A stretch of DNA of 60,157 nt from an uncultured Weeksellaceae bacterium (GTDB taxonomy: Bacteria > Bacteroidota > Bacteroidia > Flavobacteriales > BACL11), in contig CAYZIA010000001.1 in assembly GCA_964478325.1 (NCBI GenBank), forward strand, positions 1 through 60,157. The letters are read 5' to 3'. The position numbers and the translations under genes are program-made. The notes under the pieces were generated by a model, which was given only the letters and a program-made list of their open reading frames with translations, had not been told where the DNA came from and made no database searches. Shown in pieces: positions 27,460 through 36,581 of this stretch. Positions within the stretch are counted from its first letter, which is position 1; each line of letters begins with the position of its first letter.

Positions 27460-28430
27460 TTTAAGATGAGTTTTTTCTTTATAGTGCCATCATCATAAAT
27501 GTACAATAGCATTTGTTTTTTAACGTTAGTTTTTTTTCCGCTTAGGTCTAATACGGAAATAAGTTTTTTTGATGAGTAAGAAAGTTTGTTATCTCCCAAA
27601 GCAATAGCTAATAAATAATTAGAAGTATCAGTGCAGCCATTAACATCTGTAACTACTACATACCAAGGAGGACCTACTTGGCTAGTTGGATTTATGTTTT
27701 GGGTTATTTCTCCTGTAGTCCACAAGAATGAATAAGGCGAGACTCCAAAATTTACAGTAGACTCAAAAGTCATTCCGTTTTGAGCAATAGTTACTTCCAT
27801 TGCGTGCTTACTTATTTGTCCGTTATAAGCAGTGAGTGTGTTATTGTCTGCACTATAATTTTGCGTTCCACTTAAGAGGAAAGTATTTGTTTGCATTGGA
27901 TTGATATAAACTGTACCAATCAAACCATCTATAAAGTTAAGGTTAAAAGCACCTCCACTACAAATATTATTTCTTTTGAAAGCTACATACATAAGCGTGC
28001 CCCAACAATTATTATAAATTCCTTGTGTAAAAACAGATTGTCCTTGAAATGAAATACTCAGCATTTTGTTGGTATTGCTCATCCCTAAATCAAAAGTATC
28101 GGCATGAATAGTCCCGCCATCCACCATGGCAAATTCGGCTCCTCCTAAATAATTCATAAGTAAAATAAATCCTGGATGATTAATTGCTGTCAGATCCATT
28201 ATAGGCGTAAGTAAAGCAGCATCATAGGTAATATTAAATGCAAATGAATCAACTCCAGAAACAAAGGAATCCATTTTAATAGGGACTACAAAAAAAGTAT
28301 CACTTTGATTATGCCAATTGTTGTAAAGCCCATAATTATCTAAACTAAATGAAAGTGCACTTACTGAAGGTATTTGTGCAAATGTAATTGTAGAAAATAA
28401 AATTAATATAGCTAGAAATAATCTTCTCAT
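27456..28430 (-). CDS. secreted cohesin-like protein with SprB-type repeat and short T9SS-like tail
   Basis: 324-aa ORF with a signal peptide (MRRLFLAILILFSTITFAQ). FAFNITYDAALLTP looks cohesin-like. YSFLWTTGEITQNINPTS..PWYVVVTDVNGCTDTS matches the SprB-repeat pattern. The C-terminal VLDLSGKK...GTIKKKLILK resembles a truncated type A CTD lacking the YPNP start. Confidence 0.45.
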   Translation of the reverse strand: MRRLFLAILILFSTITFAQIPSVSALSFSLDNYGLYNNWHNQSDTFFVVPIKMDSFVSGVDSFAFNITYDAALLTPIMDLTAINHPGFILLMNYLGGAEFAMVDGGTIHADTFDLGMSNTNKMLSISFQGQSVFTQGIYNNCWGTLMYVAFKRNNICSGGAFNLNFIDGLIGTVYINPMQTNTFLLSGTQNYSADNNTLTAYNGQISKHAMEVTIAQNGMTFESTVNFGVSPYSFLWTTGEITQNINPTSQVGPPWYVVVTDVNGCTDTSNYLLAIALGDNKLSYSSKKLISVLDLSGKKTNVKKQMLLYIYDDGTIKKKLILK

Positions 28431-29956
28431 TTTACAATCAGTTTTTTTGTGATGTTGTAATCAGCAGCATTTACTTTTATGAAATAAATACCTTTTTCAA
28501 GTAACTTTATTTCTAAAGAAAATGATTTTTTAGTGGCAGTATGCGTCCCTACTTTTTTACCCATTATATCATAAATTTTTACTTCAACTGGTAAAGTTGT
28601 TGAAGATGGCAAAAGTATATTAATTTTATTAGTTGAAGGGTTAGGATAAATATCTAATTCAAATTGAGTATCTTGATTTTTTATAGTTGAAACGACTCCA
28701 ATTAGTCCTGGATAATCTAATTCGTAAATTGTGGTTTTTGCCATATTATTGCCACCTCCTCCTCCAGATACATGGTTGTATTCATATAAAATATTTCCTT
28801 GATTATCCACTTCTCGCCAATAAGTGGACGTCCCTAAAGTAGCTACTGTAGTGCCTTTTTTTGTTCTAAACGATCCTGATAAATGATTTGCATAAAAATT
28901 TCCAGGATCCGAATAAATCCAATAAGGCGTTTGATTCCAAGGCAGATTATAATTGTACCCACTTATAGGAGATTGTAATTCTACTACTCTTGAGTTTCCG
29001 CTACCTCCGTTACTAGTTGCATCATTATCAAAACACATCAAATTGCCTTCCCCAGGCAATCCCTCATCAATAAAGTTAGCGCCATGAACCGTATACAGCT
29101 CCCTAGTTCCATTAGCTCCATAATTATTTGGATTTCCCCATCGATATAATAAATCACCACCTTTTCCTCCATTTCCACCAGTATGAGTTGCAGCTTCAGC
29201 AGTTGTTGTACTATGGTCAATAATATAAATCTCGTGTAAGAAATGTGAGCTAAAAATAATTTGATCTAACTGAGGACTATAATCCATTCCATTCGCATGA
29301 ATCCAATCGCCTCCTCCCTGAGGACCCCCTCCAGCATTTCCTATATTGATATTAAAAAGCTCAGGATGTTGAGAGCAATCAGTTTTATAATTATTTTTTG
29401 AAGGGTCTACATCTTGACATAAATGATCCCATGCATGCCATTCCCAAACAACATTTCCTCCATTAATTCCTACTGGTTCAATTTCTATAATTTCTGTTGG
29501 CCACATTTCTCCATTAGTATTTTGTCTGCCTGCTTGTACTACTTCAATATTATTTTTTCTCTCCCAAGCAATTAGTAATGCATGATAAGTACCATCATTT
29601 TGTTCAATAGGAATGCATTCATGGTGTTGCTGATGATTGGTATTTGACCACAAATAATCCCATATTACATTATTGTTCCAATCAATTATTTGAAGTCCTC
29701 CACCAACTGCTCCTCCGCTCATACTTGGATTCTGTATTCTATAAGGACGCATTATACTTCCGTCCTTTAAAAGGTAAGCAGTACTTGCAGCATTTGCTGA
29801 GCATTGCCAAGAATTATAGGTGTTTCCAATGGTGTCAATAAGATAAGTAGTAGTACTTATAGATGCTAATTGAAAAACGGAAGCCGTACCAGTTGCTTGA
29901 GAAAAGCTCAACAAGCTACTTAATGTAAAAGTTATGATAAATAAGATTTTCTTCAT
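28427..29956 (-). CDS. arylsulfotransferase (ASST)-like beta-propeller protein with T9SS type A C-terminal domain
   Basis: 509-aa ORF with a signal peptide. Blocks IIDWNNNVIWDY, HHECIPIEQNDG, VVWEWHAWDHL, WIHANGMDYSPQLDQIIFSSHFLHEIYIIDHS and LYRWGNP resemble the ASST / Arylsulfotran_2 propeller family. The C-terminus is IYPNPSTNKINIL...GIYFIKV...KKLIVK. Confidence 0.65.
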   Translation of the reverse strand: MKKILFIITFTLSSLLSFSQATGTASVFQLASISTTTYLIDTIGNTYNSWQCSANAASTAYLLKDGSIMRPYRIQNPSMSGGAVGGGLQIIDWNNNVIWDYLWSNTNHQQHHECIPIEQNDGTYHALLIAWERKNNIEVVQAGRQNTNGEMWPTEIIEIEPVGINGGNVVWEWHAWDHLCQDVDPSKNNYKTDCSQHPELFNINIGNAGGGPQGGGDWIHANGMDYSPQLDQIIFSSHFLHEIYIIDHSTTTAEAATHTGGNGGKGGDLLYRWGNPNNYGANGTRELYTVHGANFIDEGLPGEGNLMCFDNDATSNGGSGNSRVVELQSPISGYNYNLPWNQTPYWIYSDPGNFYANHLSGSFRTKKGTTVATLGTSTYWREVDNQGNILYEYNHVSGGGGGNNMAKTTIYELDYPGLIGVVSTIKNQDTQFELDIYPNPSTNKINILLPSSTTLPVEVKIYDIMGKKVGTHTATKKSFSLEIKLLEKGIYFIKVNAADYNITKKLIVK

Positions 29957-32241
29957 TGTTTTATAAATTTAATAGTTTGATTATTGTTAATTTTTACAAG
30001 ATACATTCCACTTTTAAGATATGAGATATCAATTTTGTTTGCATGAGCTTCATGTATTATTTTTTCTCCAAAAATAGAATAAACAGTTATAGTTCTTAAT
30101 TCTTCCTTACTAGTTTTTACGAAGATTGTGTTTGTAGCTGGATTAGGGAAAAGTATAAAATCATTTTTTGACAAATCTTCAACCAAAGCAGTAGAAGATT
30201 CATTATTCATATTAAATGTAGGATCTTGTATAACAAAAGGCCCTATTCCGTTAGGGATCCTAGCATAGCCCATATCTGCAGGGACGGCACCAAAAACTAC
30301 TTCATCTACTACTATTGCATTAGTAGAATCATAAAGCGCCAATTGTTCCCCAGAGCTACTTAATTTGAAGTTAGCATGCAAGCCCGTTTCCGAGCCATTT
30401 TCATCTGCCCAGATAATTAAATAGCTATTCGCCACTATAAAAGTATCAGGGAAAGCCCATTTCAGATTGTTATTATTATCTGATAAATAATAGCCCAATA
30501 GTGGTATATCAGAATTTGTATTATTATGTAGTTCAATCCAATCATCATATTCGCCATCTTGGTCAGCAATAGTTGAGGTATTCAAGGGCATCAATTCGTT
30601 TATCACCAAATCACCTGTTACAGAAATGATGTAAAATTCATGTTCAGCTCTTGCAGGAGAAAATTTTGCAGCATTTGTATTCTCAGCATAAATATAATAC
30701 TCAACATTAGAAGCATTCAAACTAATTTGAGAACCAAAAGTACCATCATTTGCCCCTCCATCTCCATGATTGCCATCATCAAACATTTGTATTTTTGTAA
30801 ATATTTGAGCAGGACTATTTCTATATCCTAATTTCACATCTATATTGTTTCCATTTGCTATTATATCTGCAGTTATATATAATGAAGAATAGGATGTAGG
30901 GTTTGTATTGGAAACACCTACATTTGAAATGTCAGGAGCAGTATGCTGAAATTCTGTTTGTGATAAAATATAAGCGGTACGTACATTCATGAGTTCTGTA
31001 ATCCCTACTTTAGTGCCACCTCCAGGTCCTCCGCTTGTTGTTATAGAAGTAGTAATATTTTGAGTGGCCTGACTCCAAGTATAAAAAGTATTCTGGTCGG
31101 ATTGGAAAACTGTTGAAATAGTGCTGTGTAAACTATCAGCTTTTTGATGGTAATAATTATTATTAAAGAATTCTGCTATAATAGTTTTCATATGAGCAAC
31201 ATACATCTTTTTATAAGTTGGGTCTGCAAATAAGATATTGCAAAGCGGTCTTGTAGCATCTCCATTTCTAAGGAATGGGTCCATTTCTTGCAAATCCTGA
31301 GTTGTGGCTGGCGGGTTTCCGGGTCCAGGAGTATTAATCATAGAAAAATGACCAAAAGACTCATTAAAATCCCAGAGAATAGGAAGAAAACGACTATTAT
31401 CATCCTGAAATAAATAATAATTTTGACAGAATGGACCGATATAAGAATCCATGTTTACTAAGAGATTATTTAAAGCCAGGAACCAAATACCTCTATCCAC
31501 ATCAAAATACTGCTCTATATTGTTAGGATTTTGATCTAGTTCATAAGTTAAATTTTTCATATCCTCCCATCCAAAATCGGATTGCATTTCATAATAATCT
31601 TCGTAACAAGTACTATCAGGGCCTAAATATTCAAGGGACGATCCTATTCCAGAAGGACATCCTGTAGTTCCGCTACCTCCCCCTAAATTTATAGGGTTAC
31701 ACTTAAATAGAATGTTATCATCATCTGAGTAAAAATGTTCTTCTACAAATTTTTTGTTTATGGATTCAATATTTCCGTAAAGTCCAATATAATTTCCATT
31801 AATATAAACCTCAGTATAATTTGCTTTCGGGGCTTGCATATAATGCCTGGAAATAAAATAGCTTAAAATCTCACGTACAAAAGTAGGATCCTTATCTCCA
31901 TTGGAGAGTTTAAGCGTGTAGTATCCTTGATAATCTTGATTCTTTATGTGATTGAGTTTTATGTTGAGCGGATTTTTTACATTATTCGCATTATAAGAGC
32001 TGTTTCCTTTATATTTTACCCCAACACTATCAAAAACTATCCCATTTACAATTACACTATCTGCAATGAGACGATCTCCATTTCCTGCAGCATAATAGTT
32101 GTCCATCAATTGATCCCAATTGGATTGGGGAAAGAAGATTTCTATTTGATTTATGTAATTTTCATCATATAGATTGTTTTGAGCATTTGTAAAAAATACC
32201 CAAAAAACAGGGATAATTAATACACAAAGTTTTTTTGTCAT
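29953..32241 (-). CDS. CotH kinase family protein with lamin-tail domain and T9SS type A C-terminal domain
   Basis: 762-aa ORF with a signal peptide. CotH-like blocks are present: VGVKYKGNSSY, YTLKLSNGDKDPTFVREILSY, YTEVYINGNYIGLY and NYYLFQDD..RFLPILWDFNESF. The LTD block is LVINELMP...DGEYDDWIELHNNT...YYLSD. The C-terminus is ILFPNPATNTIFV...GMYLVKI. Confidence 0.75.
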   Translation of the reverse strand: MTKKLCVLIIPVFWVFFTNAQNNLYDENYINQIEIFFPQSNWDQLMDNYYAAGNGDRLIADSVIVNGIVFDSVGVKYKGNSSYNANNVKNPLNIKLNHIKNQDYQGYYTLKLSNGDKDPTFVREILSYFISRHYMQAPKANYTEVYINGNYIGLYGNIESINKKFVEEHFYSDDDNILFKCNPINLGGGSGTTGCPSGIGSSLEYLGPDSTCYEDYYEMQSDFGWEDMKNLTYELDQNPNNIEQYFDVDRGIWFLALNNLLVNMDSYIGPFCQNYYLFQDDNSRFLPILWDFNESFGHFSMINTPGPGNPPATTQDLQEMDPFLRNGDATRPLCNILFADPTYKKMYVAHMKTIIAEFFNNNYYHQKADSLHSTISTVFQSDQNTFYTWSQATQNITTSITTSGGPGGGTKVGITELMNVRTAYILSQTEFQHTAPDISNVGVSNTNPTSYSSLYITADIIANGNNIDVKLGYRNSPAQIFTKIQMFDDGNHGDGGANDGTFGSQISLNASNVEYYIYAENTNAAKFSPARAEHEFYIISVTGDLVINELMPLNTSTIADQDGEYDDWIELHNNTNSDIPLLGYYLSDNNNNLKWAFPDTFIVANSYLIIWADENGSETGLHANFKLSSSGEQLALYDSTNAIVVDEVVFGAVPADMGYARIPNGIGPFVIQDPTFNMNNESSTALVEDLSKNDFILFPNPATNTIFVKTSKEELRTITVYSIFGEKIIHEAHANKIDISYLKSGMYLVKINNNQTIKFIKQ

Positions 32242-32271
32242 CTCAAATTTTAATATTTAAATTAAGTGCTG

Positions 32272-32279
32272 CAAATTTA
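32272..32279 (-). promoter_or_regulatory. putative -7 promoter box (TAnnTTTG) upstream of the CotH four-gene module
   Basis: The complement of caaattta reads TAAATTTG. It lies 30 nt upstream of the CotH ATG (32241), inside the 224-bp AT-rich divergent spacer. Confidence 0.4.
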
Positions 32280-32465
32280 ATATAACTACACTTCTTATAA
32301 TAAAGAAAAAAAGAAAATGTAATAGTAATATCCTATACGTTCAATTATTCTTTTGATACTATTTTTATGTTCAAAATTTGTAAAAACTAAAATTTAATTT
32401 TTTATGCCTATTGTTTTTAAGATTGTTACTTTTATGACTTTAAAAAATAATCAAAGTTTAATGTT

Positions 32466-33017
32466 ATGAAAAAGTTTATAAATTACTTTTTACAAGGGTT
32501 GTTATATATTGTTCCTATCATTGTTACGTTCTATGTTGTTTATTGGACCTTCCAAAAGATTGATGGGATTTTACACTTTCAATTTCCAGGATTGGGGCTT
32601 ATTATAATTATAGTACTTATCACATTTATTGGTTTTGTTGGTTCGGCAATTATTACAAGTCCAATAAATGCTTTCTTTCAAAGGTTACTTAAAAAAGCAC
32701 CACTCTTAGAAACTATTTATTCTTCTGTTAAGGATTTGATGGGTACTTTTGTAGGGAAAAAGAAAGGGTTTTCTCAACCAGTACTTATCAAATTGTATGA
32801 AAATTCAACTATTGAGCGAATTGGATTTATTACTAATGAAGATTTATCTACACTAGAAATAAAAGAAGGAAAAGTACTGGTTTACTTGCCTCATTCTTAC
32901 GCTTTTTCAGGGCAACTTTTTGTAGTTGACAGGAATTATATTACTCCTATTGACTCCTCTTCATCCGAAATAATGAAACTTATCATTTCTGGTGGAGTTA
33001 CTGAAATTGAAAATTAA
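32466..33017 (+). CDS. DUF502 domain membrane protein
   Basis: 183-aa ORF with two N-terminal TM helices, then a conserved-looking SSVKDLMGTF...PVLI...ERIGFIT...VYLPHSY.FSGQLF.V block, as in DUF502 proteins. Confidence 0.65.
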   Translation: MKKFINYFLQGLLYIVPIIVTFYVVYWTFQKIDGILHFQFPGLGLIIIIVLITFIGFVGSAIITSPINAFFQRLLKKAPLLETIYSSVKDLMGTFVGKKKGFSQPVLIKLYENSTIERIGFITNEDLSTLEIKEGKVLVYLPHSYAFSGQLFVVDRNYITPIDSSSSEIMKLIISGGVTEIEN

Positions 33018-33019
33018 AG

Positions 33020-33027
33020 TAATTTTG
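33020..33027 (+). promoter_or_regulatory. putative -7 promoter box (TAnnTTTG) upstream of the LamG/PNGase F-like gene
   Basis: TAATTTTG lies 26 nt upstream of the ATG at 33054. Confidence 0.4.
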
Positions 33028-33053
33028 TAGCAGAATTTTTAAAAACGTTGTTA

Positions 33054-34595
33054 ATGAAGAATACACTTTTTATTTTCATTGGATTTTTTATACTAACTAA
33101 TAGTTTTGCACAAAACCCTGGAGATACTATTGTTGTACAAACCTTTATTCACGATGCGTGGACTGATGGATCTGGCAATTCAACAGGCAGTGGAGCTAGA
33201 GATACCATAGCTTATTTCCCAAATGACACAAATATAACTTTTGAAAAAATAATTATGTCTTATAATATGAGATGTAAAGACAACAATAATAGTAACCCTG
33301 GAGGGAACTCAAGAATTGGCTGTGGCGCATGGGACTATAGTTGCCAAACATATATACATGACTCGTCTAGAGTAGACTCTATTTTAAATTTTACTCCAGA
33401 TTATATAATCTCAAATTTTTCAAGTACAACATATAATTATTCAAATAGTCCAATTTTTAATTATCGCCATTTTATACTCTACAATACTATTCTTGATTCA
33501 ACTATAAGTGAAGACACAACGGTTATTGGAAATGGCAACACTCCATTAGATTTTATTATAGAAGCAGATCAGGTTTCAGGAAAGGCACAATTTTTGTATA
33601 AAGCAGATGAATTATTAACACTTGATAGTATTGGGAACTATATATATGGATTAATAAATGATACTATAGATGCTATTTCAATTAATGTAACTAATAACCC
33701 CCAGACGATAAGCTTTTTAAACATTAAATTGAAGCTAACTTCTGACAGTATACTTAACCCTGCTAATCCTCACTTATCTGGATTTACACAAGTATATTAT
33801 GCTAATACTATGTTAAATTTAGGAGTAAATAGATTACAATTCTTTTCTCCTTTTATATGGGATTCTCTTTCTAACATTATTGTAGAGTTTTCATTTACAG
33901 ACTCTTCCAATTCTTCTGCTCCTCTAATTCTATCAGAAAATATAGTAGATAGTATAGGGGTTTATTCAACGGATGCTAAGTATATAAAAGTAAGTGGCCA
34001 GGAACACATAGATATAGCTGACTCGGCTTTAAATATAATTAATGATTTTATTACGATATCTTTCTGGGCCAATGGAGATGAAAATGTTTTACCCATTAAT
34101 ACTACATTTCTTGAAGCGTTAGACACTAGTGGGAATAGAACTATAAATGTACACTTCCCTTGGAGTAATGGAAGGATATATTGGGATTGTGGGAATGATG
34201 GTACATCCTCATACGACAGGATAGACAAACTAGCTAATTTAAATGAATATGCAGGAGAATGGAGTCATTGGGCATTTACAAAGAATGCAATCACAGGAAG
34301 TATGAAGATTTACAGAAATGGACAATTGTGGCATTCTGGAATGGGCAAAACAAAATCAATGAATATACAATCTTTTAAACTTGCTTCAAGAGCAAGTGGA
34401 GTAGGCTATTTTTGGCATGGAAAAATAAAAGAACTCAGAATCTTTAATCAGGAGTTAGGTGATACTACTATTCAAAGATGGATGCATCAAAGGTTAGATT
34501 CTACCCATACAAGTTATGCTAATTTGGTGGGATATTATCCATTTAATGAAGGTAGCGGGGATACAGCTAATGATAATTCTATTTATAGTCAATAA
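33054..34595 (+). CDS. N-terminal fragment: signal peptide + LamG-like (concanavalin A-like lectin) domain
   Basis: Starts MKNTLFIFIGFFILTNSFAQ. The LamG_3-like pattern is ITISFWANGDEN...EWSHWAFTK...MKIYRNGQLWHSG...GKIKELRIFNQEL...YYPFNEGSGDTANDNS. The fragment ends at TAA 34593..34595. Confidence 0.6.
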   Translation: MKNTLFIFIGFFILTNSFAQNPGDTIVVQTFIHDAWTDGSGNSTGSGARDTIAYFPNDTNITFEKIIMSYNMRCKDNNNSNPGGNSRIGCGAWDYSCQTYIHDSSRVDSILNFTPDYIISNFSSTTYNYSNSPIFNYRHFILYNTILDSTISEDTTVIGNGNTPLDFIIEADQVSGKAQFLYKADELLTLDSIGNYIYGLINDTIDAISINVTNNPQTISFLNIKLKLTSDSILNPANPHLSGFTQVYYANTMLNLGVNRLQFFSPFIWDSLSNIIVEFSFTDSSNSSAPLILSENIVDSIGVYSTDAKYIKVSGQEHIDIADSALNIINDFITISFWANGDENVLPINTTFLEALDTSGNRTINVHFPWSNGRIYWDCGNDGTSSYDRIDKLANLNEYAGEWSHWAFTKNAITGSMKIYRNGQLWHSGMGKTKSMNIQSFKLASRASGVGYFWHGKIKELRIFNQELGDTTIQRWMHQRLDSTHTSYANLVGYYPFNEGSGDTANDNSIYSQ

Positions 34596-34742
34596 GCAAT
34601 ATTTAATGGTAATGTCGACTGGGGAATTAGTCAAGGAGAAAATATTCCTACCTTCTTTTCTTCTACGACATTTCGTCCAAATATTTCGTTCTTTCAAGGA
34701 GAATATATAATTTCTGTAATTAATGATACTATTATTGACTCT

Positions 34743-36581
34743 TTGTTAGCCATGCCAAATATTGTAACACAAAGAAATGTTTTTCCAAATTATAGTACTA
34801 TGCAAAATGATAGCATTGGAATTGTTTTAATTGATACACTTTGGGAATCATTAAGTTATGTTTATACTTTTGATACAAGTGGATTGGCAACTACGATAGA
34901 CACTACTCATATTGATGGAACGATAAATATTAATGAATTGAATTATTATAATCGTTATCCTATGGTTTTCCAGATTATGTCTTTTGTTACACCTTATGGT
35001 ATGGGGGTTAATTTTGGGGAATCTGGTGAGAGCTGGTATTTTGATGTTACAGATTTTACACCGGTATTGCAAGGACCAAAACATATGACTATTAGCGGAG
35101 GGGGGCAATGGCAAGAAGATTTAGATATTAAATTTCTTTTTATTGTAGGGACACCTCCAAGAGATGTGTTGGAGATGCAACAAATATGGAGACCCCAATC
35201 TAAGGGTTATTCAACCATTATGTCTGATAGAGCTTTTGAACCAAGATCAAATTTAATGCTTGCAAACGCATCATCATATAAAATAAGAAGTCTAATTACA
35301 GGGCACGGACAAGATGGCGAATTTGTTCCTCGTACACATTATTTGAATGTTGATGGAGCAAATCCACCTACTGAAAGTTGGCAAGTATGGACTGAATGTG
35401 CAGACAATCCTGTTTACCCGCAAGGAGGTACTTGGATTTACGATAGGGCAGGCTGGTGTCCAGGGAAGCCAACTGACTTAAAGGAAATTAATATCACATC
35501 ATTAATTACACCTGGTCAGGTTCATGTTTTTGATTATGGAGTTAATTCAGGTGGTAGTTCAAATTATTGGGTAAGTAATCAATTAGTAAGTTATGGAAAT
35601 CCTAATTTTTTATTAGACGCGGCAATTACAGACATATTATCTCCTACTAATAAAATAGTTAATTCCAGAACTAATCCTATTTGTTCTAACCCAAAAGTAG
35701 TAATACAAAATACAGGGAGTATAACTTTAACTTCTTTAACCATTGAATATTGGATTAATAATGCTCTAACTCCAGAAACCTTTTCCTGGAATGGTAGTTT
35801 GGAATTTTTAGAAAAAGAGGAAGTTGAATTACCTGCGTTATCAACCCTTTGGCAAAATTTGGATACTACTAATAATATTTTTTATGCTCAAACAAAAAGC
35901 CCTAATGGGAGTATCGATCAATATATTTATAATGATTTGATGGAATCTAATTTTGAACCAACTCCTATTTATCCTAGTTTTTTTGGACTTTGTATTCAAA
36001 CTAATTCAGGGACATCATTGCCTTTTATTTCTGAAACTACGTGGGATATTTATGATGATAGTGGTAATACTATTTATACAAGTGGCCCACTTAGTTGGGG
36101 GACACAATACAGAGATTCTATTTTGTTAACCTCAGGATGCTATCGTTTTGAAGTACATGATACGGATGATGATGGATTGGATTTTTGGGCAAATAATGAT
36201 GGTTCAGGAGTGGTACGTTTTATTACTACTCCAGTTAGCTGTAATGCTCCAGCAGTAAATTATTTTGAACCAGATTTTGGTAAATATATTTTTCATGAGT
36301 TTAGAGTAGAAAATACAACCTCATTAGAAGAGCAAGGGAAATATCCTTGGAGAATTTTCCCAAATCCAACAAATAACATTATTACTATTCAGGGTTATTT
36401 GGATACACAAACAAACATTAGCTTCCATAATAATTTAGGAGAATTAGTAATACAAACATCTGTTGATTTTCAAGGGGTAATTTCAAAACAGTTTAATTTA
36501 ACTCATCTTCCGACAGGTGTTTATTTTATAACGATCCAAAATATGAAAGAAAAAATTATCAAAAAAGTAGTGAAATTATAA
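34743..36581 (+). CDS. C-terminal fragment: peptide-N-glycosidase F-related domain + T9SS type A C-terminal domain
   Basis: The track start is TTG at 34743 (first ATG at 34752), and there is no signal peptide. ITGHGQDGEFVPRTHYLNVDG...WQVWTECADNPVYPQGGTWIYDRAGWCPG resembles the PNGase F C-terminal family. The C-terminus is RIFPNPTNNIITIQG...GVYFITIQ...KKVVKL. Confidence 0.6.
   Translation: MLAMPNIVTQRNVFPNYSTMQNDSIGIVLIDTLWESLSYVYTFDTSGLATTIDTTHIDGTININELNYYNRYPMVFQIMSFVTPYGMGVNFGESGESWYFDVTDFTPVLQGPKHMTISGGGQWQEDLDIKFLFIVGTPPRDVLEMQQIWRPQSKGYSTIMSDRAFEPRSNLMLANASSYKIRSLITGHGQDGEFVPRTHYLNVDGANPPTESWQVWTECADNPVYPQGGTWIYDRAGWCPGKPTDLKEINITSLITPGQVHVFDYGVNSGGSSNYWVSNQLVSYGNPNFLLDAAITDILSPTNKIVNSRTNPICSNPKVVIQNTGSITLTSLTIEYWINNALTPETFSWNGSLEFLEKEEVELPALSTLWQNLDTTNNIFYAQTKSPNGSIDQYIYNDLMESNFEPTPIYPSFFGLCIQTNSGTSLPFISETTWDIYDDSGNTIYTSGPLSWGTQYRDSILLTSGCYRFEVHDTDDDGLDFWANNDGSGVVRFITTPVSCNAPAVNYFEPDFGKYIFHEFRVENTTSLEEQGKYPWRIFPNPTNNIITIQGYLDTQTNISFHNNLGELVIQTSVDFQGVISKQFNLTHLPTGVYFITIQNMKEKIIKKVVKL

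Larger units (their letters stand above)
33054..36581 (+). pseudogene. LamG / PNGase F-related T9SS type A cargo gene interrupted by one in-frame TAA (34593..34595)
   Basis: ORFs 33048..34595 and 34743..36581 share one reading frame. The 147 nt between them contain no further stop. The signal peptide is only on the first part and the T9SS CTD only on the second. Confidence 0.7.

Noticed and set aside
32427-32434. TACTTTTA upstream of the DUF502 gene, and the same variant at about 57877..57884 upstream of polA, considered as -7 promoter boxes.
   Set aside because: The last position is A rather than the conserved G. In DNA this AT-rich, such near-matches are frequent, so they are not listed as features.
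32242-32465. The 224-bp non-coding spacer, the longest in the window, considered as a possible ncRNA, tRNA or CRISPR leader.
   Set aside because: It is extremely AT-rich with no cloverleaf-capable G/C stems, no repeats and no conserved-looking structure. It is best explained as a divergent promoter region for the CotH module and the DUF502 gene.
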